Positions 1-20,946 are shown, numbered from the stretch's first letter. The stretch is DNA of 64,000 bases from Hormiphora californensis (GCA_020137815.1 CM035360.1:1426001-1490000), one strand, 5' to 3'. Notes: a model not told the origin generated them from the letters alone. Made by a program: numbers and translations.

Positions 1-1
1 T

Positions 2-907
2 ACTAAAGGACGACCAACTGGTACAGCCCCTCGATCGGTTCTAAAACCAGCCACCAAACCTGCTGCAAGGGAGAGTGTGAGACGGAACTTGGTCGATTTA
101 CCCGAGTTTTCTACCCCTGCCCCAGGAACTCTCACAAACGCTCAGAAACTCCTTATCACGCCAAGGGTAGGTTTAGGCTGCCACCCCTGTTTTTCTTTTT
201 TTTGTTGTTGATGTTAATTGTATTTCTAAGAACACTGCCAATCCATTATCTTGTTCCCGCATTCCTGAATTCCGAAACTTCTTCCTCTCTCAATATTAAC
301 ACAGTGCTGCGAGGGGCCGGTTTGCTTTTTGAGTATTTTAGTCAAAAAACTAACTTTTGATATTTGGTTCAGCTCGAAGAGCCGGACCAGATGGACTATT
401 CAAAAAGCGCCTTTGCCCACACCTTCCTGGAGAAAAATGAGGTTAACTTTATGCCCAAAACTGGTGTTAACCTCAATAAATCATAGACTGCAAGTCATAA
501 GACCATGAAACCGGTTCTAATAGTTAAATCTCGCCAGGGGTATAGTTTATTATTAATATTAATGTGTCCTATCTCTCTCTCGCTCCCCCCCCTTCCTATG
601 AGTGAAACTTCCTCCCTTATTATCTCTTCAGTCTTCACCTCTCAATATCTTATCTCTCTATCAGCCCTATCTCTCTCATTCCCTCTGAGTATACCGTGCC
701 CCCTGACCCTTCCTGATCTCCCTGATCCCTCCCCAGGTAGTGCTACCTGCTAAGAAGGGCCACATAGTGGTGTACACTGAAAATGGCTCACCCTACCACC
801 TCAACATTCGAACAATGAAAGCGGTGTCCGGGAAACAACAAGACACGGGTGAAGCAGCAGAATCTGAACAGCGACCCCGCAGGACAACGAGGGCGACAAA
901 ACGATAA
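2..907 (+). CDS. 3' end of Borealin/CDCA8-like gene (exons <2-166, 737-907)
   Basis: Phase-0 GT-AG join gives ...LLITPR/VVLPAKKGHIVVYTENGSPYHL...TKR*. The TP..PA..G....NGSP pattern resembles the Borealin C-terminal motif. The N-terminus lies outside the window. Confidence 0.55.
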
Positions 908-1574
908 TGGAACTAATGTCTAGACAGAGCAATGTCTGGTTAATATTGTTGGTTCAGAGTTAGCGAGAGATTTAGATGTTGTAATCCTCCTTTACATTTA
1001 TTTGTAAGAGAGGGTCGAACAAAGATGGACACATTTGACGATGTAAGGACGCGAGGTGCAGAGTATTTTAAGCAGTAAAATTATTTCCACACAGCACTGC
1101 ACACACTTGTGTAGAAGAAGTATACAAACATTCTTCAGTTGTTCTTCAGTTTAAATTAGCGAATAATAATAGTTATTAGTTAAATGTGTAATCAACGTTT
1201 TATTTTGTTTGTCAAATGTCAAACCACTAACCAAGAGCCCATATGTTATAGCAAGAATGTTATGATGATTGTTTATCCAAAGAACGCGTCAAAGTAAGTT
1301 ATCAATTGTTTTTTCCTATCATAAATTTCCAATCCCGGCCAGTCCCCCGACCGTATTTTCCAACACACCCAATTTCACGCACCCTGTTGCCCACTTTGCG
1401 TGACGCGCGATGCTCTTTTTACTAACAAAGGCCCAGCGAGTTCGCGCAACACTATCCCGCGCACTGCTATTCAAAGCAAATTCGTTCCCACGCTCATATC
1501 ACGACCGACCTTCAAAGTGTTTTGACAAAATTGGTTCGTGTTGGTCCCTAATGCTAACCGTTCGTTCTTCTCAG

Positions 1575-3378
1575 ATGTTTCAAGAACAAGTGTCTAGTAT
1601 CGTTCAAGATCTCCTTAAAATAACTGCAGGTTGGTTTTTGGATCCAAGACGGGGCTAACAGTTAACACTGCCCCATTGTAACAATAGAGAGAGCTCTTGA
1701 GAGCATAGGAGACATTGGGTCCGTGACTAGAATCTCTCGAAGGATGTGACCCACATATTTATGTTATAATTTTCCCCTCAGAAGCTGATTTGGCTCTGAA
1801 GAAAGAAAGGGATGCTCATGAAGAGACAAAGCTTCAGTACGAGAAGTAGGTTAACACGGTCGCTTGTAGTGGGAAAACGGTAATGGAAAACGAAGATACA
1901 GTAAGACGACGCGCAACCGTGACCAATCAGGGCGCTAGTACGTGCTGACACATGAACTTTTTGCCGCGTGTTATGCACCGTGCACGTCTCCTTACTGTAT
2001 TTTGCGTTACCGTATTTTGACTGCAAGCAGCACTGTAAGATGTTTTGAACCCCCCCCCCCAGCCCTAAACTTTATAGAGAAAAGTCTCTCTCGGTTACAA
2101 CAAAATCTTATAAAGCTCCACCTCAGGTTACAACAGGTAATGTTAGAGCAACAGATGAAGAAAAGGGAGTTGGCGCTATACACCAAGAAAAAGGAGAAGG
2201 AGTGGCGTGACATGGTTCTTGCTCAGAAGGAATTGTTGAAATCGTGCACCTGCCGGAAAATTAGATCCCTTTTGAAAAGGTTTGTTGCTCAAGTTTCCTC
2301 CTTCTCTAATTATTCGATATAATATTTAGTTGACTAACACCTACTATACGTTTCAGTAGTTCATCGATTGTTCCAGTAAAGTCCCCGGTAAAACATCCTT
2401 CCCCCGCTAAATCTCCTACCCTTGACATCACCACTCCATCATCATCCCCTCAAAAAAGAAGCAAATTGAGCAGACACCGTGGTGATCGAGATAACAAAAA
2501 TGTCGTTTACGCCGAGGATACACCCCCACAAAATCAGACCAAACAAAATCGAACAGTTTTCCATCAAGATGGGGAGAAATCAGATGTTAGTGAAACCTCT
2601 CCACTGGAAATTAAGTCAGACATTAGTTCCTGTCAATTATCTCCAGTGGAAATAAGACCAGAAAACAGTTCTGCTCAGTTGTCGCCCGTGGAAATGGATT
2701 CTCTGTCAGATTTATCATTATTAGAAGAACCAAAACAAGAACCAAAGCAGTTCAATTTACTGACTGAATGCAGAGGTGAGATCTCGTTAAACGAAGATAA
2801 ACTGGGATTCAGTCTTCCCTCCCCCGTACGCCCTAACAAATCACAGGGAACGGCAACGAAATCAGAACAAAGTCATACTGGACAAGAACCGGAACCAGCC
2901 AAACCTCCTGCTAATATTATGCCAGTGGAACGGGTTCCAAAACCTTCTAAAAAGGATTTCAAATACGTTAAACCTGTGAGAAAGAAGGATGAAAGGGCGA
3001 AGTTAGCTGCTACGGCGTGCCATGCGTGTTATGGGTATTACAAAGCGGCTGGACTGGATGATGATGCTATAGCTGAGGCTATTGGTAAGGTTCTAGTGTT
3101 GAGTGTATTGGGTACTGTTGGCATCCACCAGCTCAGGGCCCAGGGCATGGGAAATTGACGTCATATTTGATTGTTTTTGTTTTGATTAACTTTTCTTCAA
3201 CCTCCCACTTATTTCAGGGGACGCATCGAGGCACCGTCACCAGCACGGTCCACCCCCCTCCACCCCTCCCTCCTTCTGGGCGATGGAGATAACTGGAGAG
3301 GAACCTGAAATTGTACCACACAGTCAGAGGAAGAGAAGAAGACCTAATAAATATATGAAAGGAAAAGCTTTTTCGTGA
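1575..3378 (+). CDS. RBBP8: CtIP/Sae2 DNA end-resection protein (exons 1575-1629, 1782-1845, 2127-2279, 2357-3084, 3218-3378)
   Basis: N-terminal coiled coil and a C-terminal Sae2/CtIP domain: VRKKDERAKL..TACHACYGYY...SRHRH...PSTPPSFW. All splice phases are compatible. Confidence 0.9.
1855..2036. mobile_element. Degenerate MITE-like element in CtIP intron 2
   Basis: Imperfect inverted ends (gcttgtagt..acggtaa..atacagtaag versus cttactgtat..ttaccgt..actgcaagc) around a ccaatcag core. Confidence 0.45.
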
Positions 3379-3399
3379 ACAATAATTAGGCAGTAGTGA

Positions 3400-6300
3400 T
3401 TCGGGGCCTGGCAAGGCCCCCCGACCCGAATATAACCCAAACTCAACCCATCCCCCCTAAAACATCCCCCCTAAAACTAAAACAATAAAACAACGGGGCC
3501 GAGCCGACAGGCCCTTAATACCAGATGAAAAAAAAAACCATAAACCATTCGGGGCCTGGTAAGGCCCCCCGACCCGAATATAACCCAAACTCAACCCATC
3601 CCCCCTAAAACATCCCCCCTAAAACTAAAACAACGGGGCCGAGCCGACAGGCCCTTAATACCAGATGAAAAAAAAAACCATTCGGGGCCTGGCAAGGCCC
3701 CCCGACCCGAATATAACCCAAACTCAACCCATCCCCCCTAAAACATCCCCCCTAACACTAAAACAACGGGGCCGAGCCGACAGGCCCTTAATACCAGATG
3801 AAAAAAAACCATTCGGGGCCTGGCAAGGCCCCCCGACCCGAATATAACCCAAACTCAACCCATCCCCCCTAAAACATCCCCCCTAAAACTAAAACAACGG
3901 GGCCGAGCCGACAGGCCCTTAATACCAGATGAAAAAAAAACCATTCGGGGCCTGGCAAGGCCCCCCGACCCGAATATAACCCAAACTCAACCCATCCCCC
4001 CTAAAACATCCCCCCTAAAACTAAAACAACGGGGCCGAGCCGACAGGCCCTTAATACCAGATGAAAAAAAACCATAAACCATAAACCATAAACCATAAAA
4101 CCATAAAACCATAAAACCATAGATATTTTTAGAGTGAAAGTTTTGAAGCCCCCTGAAGTAGTAGAGAGGTGTTCTATGGCTCGTTGGAAAGGTCTCGAGG
4201 TCCCGCGACGTATAGGGGGTGTGGCGATGGGTGTGCCCAAACCCATAAGGGGTAGGACGCGAAAAACAGTCAAAATAAGGGGTATACAGAACTCGGCAAT
4301 TAGAAGGAGTAGAAAGGTGTTCTAGGATGCGTTCGAAAGCTCTCGAGGTGCTGAAGTAATTGGAATGTAATTGGAAGTAATTACATGTAATTAAAATGTA
4401 ATTACATGTAATTAAAGGGTAATTACATGTAATTAAAAGGTCTAAATGACCCCAAATGACAATTCAGACATATTTTGACACATTTGGAGGCCCTGAGACC
4501 AGCGGGTGGCAAAATTTAATCCGGTTTCGGGTCGGCTGACGTAAAAACTCCGCGTTTTGGTCGAGGTTCGGGGCCTGGCAAGGCCCCCCGACCCGAATAT
4601 AACCCAAACTCAACCCATCCCCCCTAAAACATCCCCCCTAAAACTAAAACAACGGGGCCGAGCCGACAGGCCCTTAATACCAGATGAAAAAAAACCATAA
4701 ACCATAAACCATAAACCATAAACCATAACCATAGATATTTTTAGAGTGAAAGTTTTGAAGCCCCCTGAAGTAGTAGAGAGGTGTTCTATGGCTCATTGGA
4801 AAGGTCTCGAGGTCCCGCGACGTATAGGGGGTGTGGCGATGGCCATACCCAAACCTATAAGGGGTAGGACGCGAAAAACAGTCAAAATAAGGGGTATACA
4901 GAACTCGGCAATTAGAAGGAGTAGAAAGGTGTTCTAGGGTGCGTTCGAAAGCTCTCGAGGTGCTGAAGTAATTGGAATGTAATTGGAAGTAATTACATGT
5001 AATTAAAATGTAATTACATGTAATTAAAGGGTAATTACATGTAATTAAAAGGTCTAAATGACCCCAAATGACAATTCAGACATATTTTGACATATTTGGA
5101 GGCCCTGAGACCAGCGGGTGGCAAAATTTAATCCGGTTTCGGGTCGGCTGACGTAAAAACTCCGCGTTTTGGTCGAGTAACCATAAAACCATAAAACCAT
5201 AACCATAGATATTTTTAGAGTGAAAGTTTTGAAGCCCCCTGAAGTAGTAGAGAGGTGTTCTATGGCTCGTTGGAAAGGTCTCGAGGTCCCGCGACGTATA
5301 GGGGGTGTGGCGATGGCCATACCCAAACCTATAAGGGGTAGGACGCGAAAAACAGTCAAAATAAGGGGTATACAGAACTCGGCAATTAGAAGGAGTAGAA
5401 AGGTGTTCTAGGGTGCGTTCGAAAGCTCTCGAGGTGCTGAAGTAATTGGAATGTAATTGGAAGTAATTACATGTAATTAAAATGTAATTACATGTAATTA
5501 AAGGGTAATTACATGTAATTAAAAGGTCTAAATGACCCCAAATGACAATTTAGACATATTTTGACATATTTGGAGGCCCTGAGACCAGCGGGTGGCCAAA
5601 TTTAATTAGGTTTCGGGTCGGCTGACGTAAAAACTCCGCGTTTTGGTCGAGTAACCATTCGGGGCCTGGCAAGGCCCCCCGACCCGAATATAACCCAAAC
5701 TCAACCCATCCCCCCTAAAACATCCCCCCTAAAACTAAAACAACGGGGCCGAGCCGACAGGCCCTTAATACCAGATGAAAAAAAAAACATTCGGGGCCTG
5801 GCAAGGCCCCCCGACCCGAATACAACCCAAACTAAACCCATCCCCCCTAAAACATCCCCCCTAAAACTAAAACAACGGGGCCGAGCCGACAGGCCCTTAA
5901 TACCAGATGAAAAAAAACCATAAAACCATTCGGGGCCTGGCAAGGCCCCCCGACCCGAATATAACCCAAACTCAACCCATCCCCCCTAAAACATCCCCCC
6001 TAAAACTAAAACAACGGGGCCGAGCCGACAGGCCCTTAATACCAGATGAAAAAAAAACCATAAAACCATAAACCATAACCATAGATATTTTTAGAGTGAA
6101 AGTTTTGAAGCCCCCTGAAGTAGTATAGAGGTGTTCTATGGCTCGTTGGAAAGGTCTCGAGGTCCCGCGACGTATAGGGGGTGTGGCGATGGCCATACCC
6201 AAACCTATAAGGGGTAGGACGCGAAAAACAGTCAAAATAAGGGGTATACAGAACTCGGCAATTAGAAGGAGTAGAAAGGTGTTCTAGGGTGCGTTCGAAA

Positions 6301-8915
6301 GCTCTCGAAGTGCTGAAGTAATTGGAATGTAATTGGAAGTAATTAAATGTAATTAAAATGTAATTACATGTAATTAAAGGGTAATTACATGGAATTAAAA
6401 GGTCTAAATGACCCCAAATGACAATTCAGACATATTTTGACATATTTGGAGGCCCTGAGACCAGCGGGTGGCAAAATTTAATCCGGTTTCGGGTCGGCTG
6501 ACGTAAAAACTCCGCGTTTTGGTCGAGGTAAACCATAAACCATAAACCATAGATATTTTTAGAGTGAAAGTTTTGAAGCCCCCTGAAGTAGTAGAGAGGT
6601 GTTCTATGGCTCGTTGGAAAGGTCTCGAGGTCCCGCGACGTATAGGGGGTGTGGCGATGGCCATACCCAAACCTATAAGGGGTAGGACGCGAAAAACAGT
6701 CAAAATAAGGGGTATACAGAACTCGGCAATTGGAAGGAGTAGAAAGGTGTTCTAGGGTGCGTTCGAAAGCTCTCGAGGTGCTGAAGTAATTGGAATGTAA
6801 TTGGAAGTAATTACATGTAATTAAAGGGTAATTACATGTAATTAAAGGGTAATTACATGTAATTAAAAGGTCTGCATGATCCCAAATGATAATTTAAACA
6901 TATTTTGACGTATTTGGAGGCCCTGAGACCAGCGGGTGGCCAAATTTAATCCGGTTTCGGGTCGGCTGACGTAAAAACTCCGCGTTTTGGTCGAGGTAAA
7001 CCATAACCATAAAACCATAACCATAGATATTTTTAGAGTGAAAGTTTTGAAGCCCCCTGAAGTAGTAGAGAGGTGTTCTATGGCTCGTTGGAAAGGTCTC
7101 GAGGTCCCGCGACGTATAGGGGGTGTGGTGATGGCCATACCTAAACCTATAAGGGGTAGGACGCGAAAAACAGTCAAAATAAGGGGTATACAGAACTCGG
7201 CAATTAGAAGGAGTAGAAAGGTGTTCTAGGGTGCGTTCGAAAGCTCTCGAGGTGCTGAAGTAATTGGAATGTAATTGGAAGTAATTACATGTAATTAAAG
7301 TGTAATTACATGTAATTAAAGGGTAATTACATGTAATTAAAAGGTCTGCATGATCCCAAATGATAATTTAAACATATTTTGACGTATTTGGAGACCCTTA
7401 GACCAGCGGGTGCCCAAATTTAATCCGGTTTCGGGTCGGCTGACGTAAAAACTCCGCGTTTTGGTCGAGGTAAACCATAAAACCATAACCATAACCATAG
7501 ATATTTTTAGAGTGAAAGTTTTGAAGCCCCCTGAAGTCGTAGAGAGGTGTTCTATGGCTCGTTGGAATGGTCTCGAGGTCCCGCGACGTATAGGGAGTGT
7601 GGCGATGGCCATACCCAAACCTATAAGGGGTAGGACGCGAAAAACAGTCAAAATAAGGGGTATACAGAACTCGGCAATTAGAAGGAGTAGAAAGGTGTTC
7701 TAGGGTGCGTTCGAAAGCTCTCGAGGTGCTGAAGTAATTGGAATGTAATTGGAAGTAATTACATGTAATTAAAATGTAATTACATGTAATTAAAGGGTAA
7801 TTACATGTAGTTAAAAGGTCTAAATGACCCCAAATGACAATTTAGACATATTTTGACATATTTGGAGGCTCTGAGACCAGCGGGTGGCCAAATTTAATCA
7901 GGTTTCGGGTCGGCTGACGTAAAAACTCCGCGTTTTGGTCGAGGTAAACCATAACCATAAACCATAAAACCATAGATATTTTTAGAGTGAAAGTTTTGAA
8001 GCCCCCTGAAGTAGTAGAGAGGTGTTCTATGGCTCGTTGGAAAGGTCTCGAGGTCCTGCGACGTATAGGGGGTGTGGCGATGGCCATACCCAAACCTATA
8101 AGGGGTAGGACGCGAAAAACAGTCAAAATAAGGGGTATACAGAACTCGGCAATTAGAAGGAGTAGAAAGGTGTTTTAGGGTGCGTTCGAAAGCTCTCGAG
8201 GTGCTGAAGTAATTGGAATGTAATTGGAAGTAATTACATGTAATTAAAATGTAATTACATGTAATTAAAGGGTAATTACATGTAATTAAAAGGTCTAAAT
8301 GACCCCAAATGACAATTTAGACATATTTTGACATATTTGGAGGCCCTGAGACCAGCGGGTGGCCAAATTTAATCCGGTTTCGGGTCGGCTGACGTAAAAA
8401 CTCCGCGTTTTGGTCGAGTAACCATAAACCATAAAACCATAAAACCATAGATATTTTTAGAGTGAAAGTTTTGAAGCCCCCTGAAGTAGTAGAGAGGTGT
8501 TCTATGGCTCGTTGGAAAGGTCTCGAGGTCCCGCGACGTATAGGGGGTGTGGCGATGGCCACACCCAAACCTATAAGGGGTAGGACGCGAAAAACAGTCA
8601 AAATAAGGGGTATACAGAACTCGGCAATTGGAAGGAGTAGAAAGGTGTTCTAGGGTGCGTTCGAAGGCTCTCGAGGTGCTGAAGTAATTGGAATGTAATT
8701 GGAAGTAATTACATGTAATTAAAGGGTAATTACATGTAATTAAAGGGTAATTACATGTAATTAAAGGGTAATTACATGTAATTAAATGGTCTGCATGATC
8801 CCAAATGATAATTTAAACATATTTTGACATATTTGGAGGCCCTGAGACCAGCGGGTGGCAAAATTTAATCCGGTTTCGGGTCGGCTGACGTAAAAACTCC
8901 GCGTTTTGGTCGAGG
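3400..8915. repeat. Mosaic tandem array of 9 module A (~125 bp) and 9 module B (~445 bp) copies, order A5-B-A-B2-A3-B6, joined by (A2-4CCAT)n linkers
   Basis: Read directly. A = tcggggcctggcaaggcccc...ccagatg(a)n. B = agatatttttagagtg...ttttggtcgag(g), with internal taattacatgtaatta palindromes. Confidence 0.95.
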
Positions 8916-9590
8916 TTAAATCTAAATTAGTGTATTTGTTAGGATCTTTGAGTTTGACTGTGCGATTGTTAGATTTCGCTCAGTAGCAGCTTTACTGAAT
9001 TTGGGTCCACTTAGCTTTCGAATTCTGGCGTATGTAATTTTTTAGGGTTTAAATCAGCGTAGGGTTTAAATTCCGTGTATACTTGTAGTTTAGTTGTAGG
9101 GGAAAACGGGTTGACTTAGGCTTGGTTAATGACACTGACGGGATCAGGAAGATTTTAATCATTGTGTTTGGTTTTGTATTTAAACGTTGCTTAATGAGTT
9201 ACTAAATAAATATCCACACTCAGATTCTAATCAATTATTTTAATTCGTTTCACGGTAGGTGGTAATTTCAAGGTGATCAAAGGCGAAGCGGTGTAACTTG
9301 GACTTATACACTGAACGTTGCACGCGTACTTTCTCAAACTAAAATGTTTCATGTTGCCGCGCTGCGCGCGCCAAATCCAAGAATTTAATTTTGAAATTTC
9401 TGAGCTGTCTGGCTGTGAAGGTTTTCAAATTTGTTGAGAAGATGTTTCTTCTGTCTTCTTTTTTCTCCTTCTCAGTCTTGAACAAACATCAGGATCGTAA
9501 AGAAAACTGAGAAGCTTCGACTATTAATATGTATCACTTTTGGTGGGGGGAGCTTCTTCGGATTTTCCACCATGCTATGTATTGGCTAGT

Positions 9591-10194
9591 CCGCAGTAAA
9601 CTGGAATACTGCTGCCCACTCTGGGATTCGCCAAAGATCTCAGATATCCAAAACGTTGAAGCGATCCAGCGAAAGTTTACTAAACGTATCAAAGGTATGG
9701 CTGATATGAACTACTGGGAGCGTCTAAAAAAGCTGAAAATAACTTCCCTTCAACGCCGCCGAGAACGCTACAGCATCATCATGATGTGGAAAATGGCCAA
9801 TGGTAAAGCGCCCAACAACATTGGCATCCGCTTTTACAACAACAACCGTCTCGGAAAAAAAGCGGAGATCCCAACCTGTCCCACAGTCACTCAAAAGTCA
9901 GTCGCAACGAAGTACCACAACTCGTTCATCTGTAGAGCGACTCGACTATGGAACACACTACCCAGTGAGGTGAACTTAGCGGAGAACCTACCGTCGTTCA
10001 AGGTACTTCTGGGGAAATGGATGTCTAGAATCCCGGATCGCCCACCGGTACTCGGATACCCAAAACAGAATAACAATTCAATCTTGGACTGGATACGGAT
10101 AGTTTCCAGGGAGGGGGAGGCTCTGTGAGGAACTGACACCTGTGTAACTTGTACACGAAGACGATAACAAGATAACAAGATAACAAGATAACAA
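9591..10194 (+). mobile_element. 5'-truncated CR1/L2-group LINE
   Basis: ORF2 C-terminus (LVRSKLEYCCPLW...YWERLKKLKITSLQRRRER), (GATAACAA)n tail at ~10163-10194, candidate TSD ggctagt at 9584-9590 and 10195-10201. Confidence 0.9.
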
Positions 10195-10367
10195 GGCTAG
10201 TAGGCTGCTTTCGGAGCGTCCCGGTCAGTGGCTAACCAGTAACCGCTAACCCGGACGGACCCGACTATAACCTCTATCCCGTTAACTATGAGATATATCT
10301 AGAAAATAGGGCTGCAGATGACTTGGTGACATCCTGACCTGTGTGCTGTGATTTGAGGGTTTGGGCA

Positions 10368-11317
10368 ATGGCGGGAAGATGGGGCAGATTTGCGAAATTT
10401 TACGGACAGATGCTTGCCAAACACCAGTACGCAACTAATGTTGTGGCAACTGGATCTGTATTCCTAGCAGGGGATTTGATTTCACAGCAGGTAAAATGTA
10501 ATTGCAAATCAGTAAAGCTTGTATGTATATTGACAATGACGAATATAAAATGGCAATGAGTTACAAAATTGGGCCACCTTTTGACTCAATATCCGAAATT
10601 ATCTGTTATTAGCTACGATTCGATCAAATTTATGAAGTTGTAACCCCCACATCTTTGTTCAGTTGATTGAGAGAAAGGGAAGGCAACACGAAATAGAGAG
10701 GACAGGACGGTCTGTCGCGGTTGGGGCAGGATTTATTGCACCCTTTGTTACGTTCGCTTACAATTTGGTTGATAAGGTATAAACTTTAAAGAATATAATC
10801 CTTGCGTGAGCCTCATTAGGTGGATAGGAGTGATGTATAATACCCATTCTGAGCGTTTCTATTCATCTCTCTCCTTCTCAGGTTATAGGCTCCTCCCAAA
10901 GTATTGTGTCTTCAGTTAAGAAAGTTGGTTTAATCGCCTGTTTTTCACCACTAACAAACACTGGTTACATGCTCTTTAATGGGCTTTTGAAAGGGCAGAA
11001 TTTCAACGATATAATATTAAAAATCAGGTACAACAACGAACTACTAACTTAACAACTAACTGCTAACTACATTTGTTGAGTTTTTTAGAGTATGAATTCA
11101 TATTTATAAATTATCTCCCTAATCCCGTCCTTTCAGATCGGACCTAGCCGAAGTTTTGATGGTCGGATATTCGGTTTGGCTACCAACTCATTTCTCATTG
11201 TTTGTCTTTGTCCCTCTGCAACATCGCCTTCTCATTTCTAACATTGTCGGCGTTATGTGGACAGGGTATTTGACATATGCCGCCAATAGGGCCGCTAAAA
11301 AGAATGATGTTTTATAA
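10368..11317 (+). CDS. Mpv17/PMP22 family membrane protein, 4 exons
   Basis: TNVVATGSVFLAGDLISQQ/LIE...ERTGR...VWLPTHFSLFVFVPLQHRLLISNIVGVMWTGYLTY matches the Mpv17/PMP22 pattern. Introns are canonical GT-AG. Confidence 0.88.
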
Positions 11318-11519
11318 GAAATAATGTTGTTCTGGGAAGTTTGAAGTGGTTTGATTTTAGGTGATTTTAGATTGTGTCTTTGTATATTGTTGGATTTTAT
11401 TACTTCATTTGTAGTAACCTTTTACTAATTAACATATTATCATACTGATGTTATTCACTACCCTGTCAATTGTTATCATCTCTTGTTATTAGCGATGCTA
11501 GTGATGGAAAATCTACGAA

Positions 11520-19263
<7,744 letters not shown>

Positions 19264-20946
19264 TATCTAGTTAGTATATTCGTCTTACAAAATACATCCT
19301 TCTCCGAACCGTTACAGTTGTGTATGTAGTATGATAATTTTATATTGACTTGTTCAGAATTTCATAATCTGTATAAACCTTAAAACGTGTTAATTTTACT
19401 GTAACACTCCCTCTCCCGCAGATTGACATTCTAGTGTTGATTGGATACAAGCCTAAAGGGGTCAATGATTCTGTTGTTCTGGACTCTCAAACTATCCCCA
19501 GTAGCACGCAGACACAGCGGCTCAATGTGTAACAAACAATGTATATGTCACTCTTTGCTTTTACAAATATCTCACCACTTTGCTCAGTTGAGAAATAATT
19601 CCCGTGTGGAACGAGAGGGGAAAAGAACAATAAAGAGAGTTATTATCCTCTACTTTTTTTCAGCTGTGTGTTTATGTATGCATATAATATATCTATTTCG
19701 CGAAACCTCTAAAATTGACTATCGATGCCATCAGAAATAGATACCACATCTGCACTTGTAGAGTGACCCCTTGATTCTAAATCGGGAAAGGACGTGATCT
19801 GGGTTTGGGTTCGCAGAACGTGGATTCCAAACAGCGCGCATGTGATGAAAGTGTATTGTGTCAGTACTGAGCCGCGCGGGTTATTGCACATCGTCAATCT
19901 TGGAACTGGTCCAACAACTTTGTGCAACTTCAATTTGGGTCGGTCATGTTCTGCACACATCAGGTTCCTGCTGTGAAAGGTGTGTCGCCAGCAATCACTA
20001 TCAGACATTAATGAACTGGAAGCTGTTTCGGGCTTTTACGAAGCTGTTTGCTGCTGCTTTCCCTATATATCTATGATCAACACTGCTCTTGACAATGCAG
20101 TTGATATAGAACTGGTGGAAATCAGCCGTGTTGTTACCTCACATGAGATATGAAAACGGAATCCACTTGTTCATGATGTTGACGCTCCCCAAGAATCCAT
20201 GGAGAGTTTTGGTCAACAAGTGCGCGCGTCCGAACAATAGCTACTGACAACTTCCCGCGCGCACTTTCAACAACCTCGAGACAGCGCGCCTTCCACTCAC
20301 AACGCCCTATCTTGAGCTGCAGCACACCACAATATCACACGGTGTATCATGTGATATGAAGTCAACCACAGTGACCGACGAATCGCAATATGATGGAATG
20401 GAGAGAGAGAAAATAAAACGAATTTGTTTTTAACAGCACGAGCCAGAATGTAGTTTAATGTACACACACACACAAGTTAGGATCCAATAGTACAATTAAC
20501 ATTGGATTTAAGCAATGATGAGGCGAATAGAAAAAAACACATCTTAGGCATGGTTGGGTATTATAAATAGAAACTGTTTGGTGAAGATCATATTGAAAAA
20601 CAATGATAGAAAGATAGAGAGAGAGAGAGGATGGAGACATGTCCATAAAATAACTTGATGGTTTTAATACCACACTCACATGCACTCTCTGGATTGTGTG
20701 TCGCACAAATCGTGCTATAGCACTCCGTCTCTCGCTCTCACACAATTTCATCTCTTCCTGTCTGTCTCTCTTTCTGCCTCTCTCTCTGTCCATATTTCTG
20801 ACAGTATCTGTATAAAGCTTAGAACAGCTGTTGAATATATTGTTTTTCCATGTACCCCCATCTGGTCATCCAGTCCAACATGTATATGATGACTCTTAAT
20901 TTCGGTTAAATTAGGGATCTCTCATCCCCTGATGTATTCTTGTAGT

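Noticed and set aside
4071-4120. Linkers as interstitial telomere
   Set aside because: The unit is T2-4ATGG rather than TTAGGG and occurs only between modules.
4001-8653. Repeated 63-104 aa ORFs (MKVLKPPEVV..., MTVFRVLP...) as a gene family
   Set aside because: Non-ATG starts, ORFs on both strands, no recognisable domain. They are by-products of module B.
3400-8915. Hammerhead retrozyme array
   Set aside because: No CUGANGA/GAAA core with flanking stems found by eye in either module or strand.
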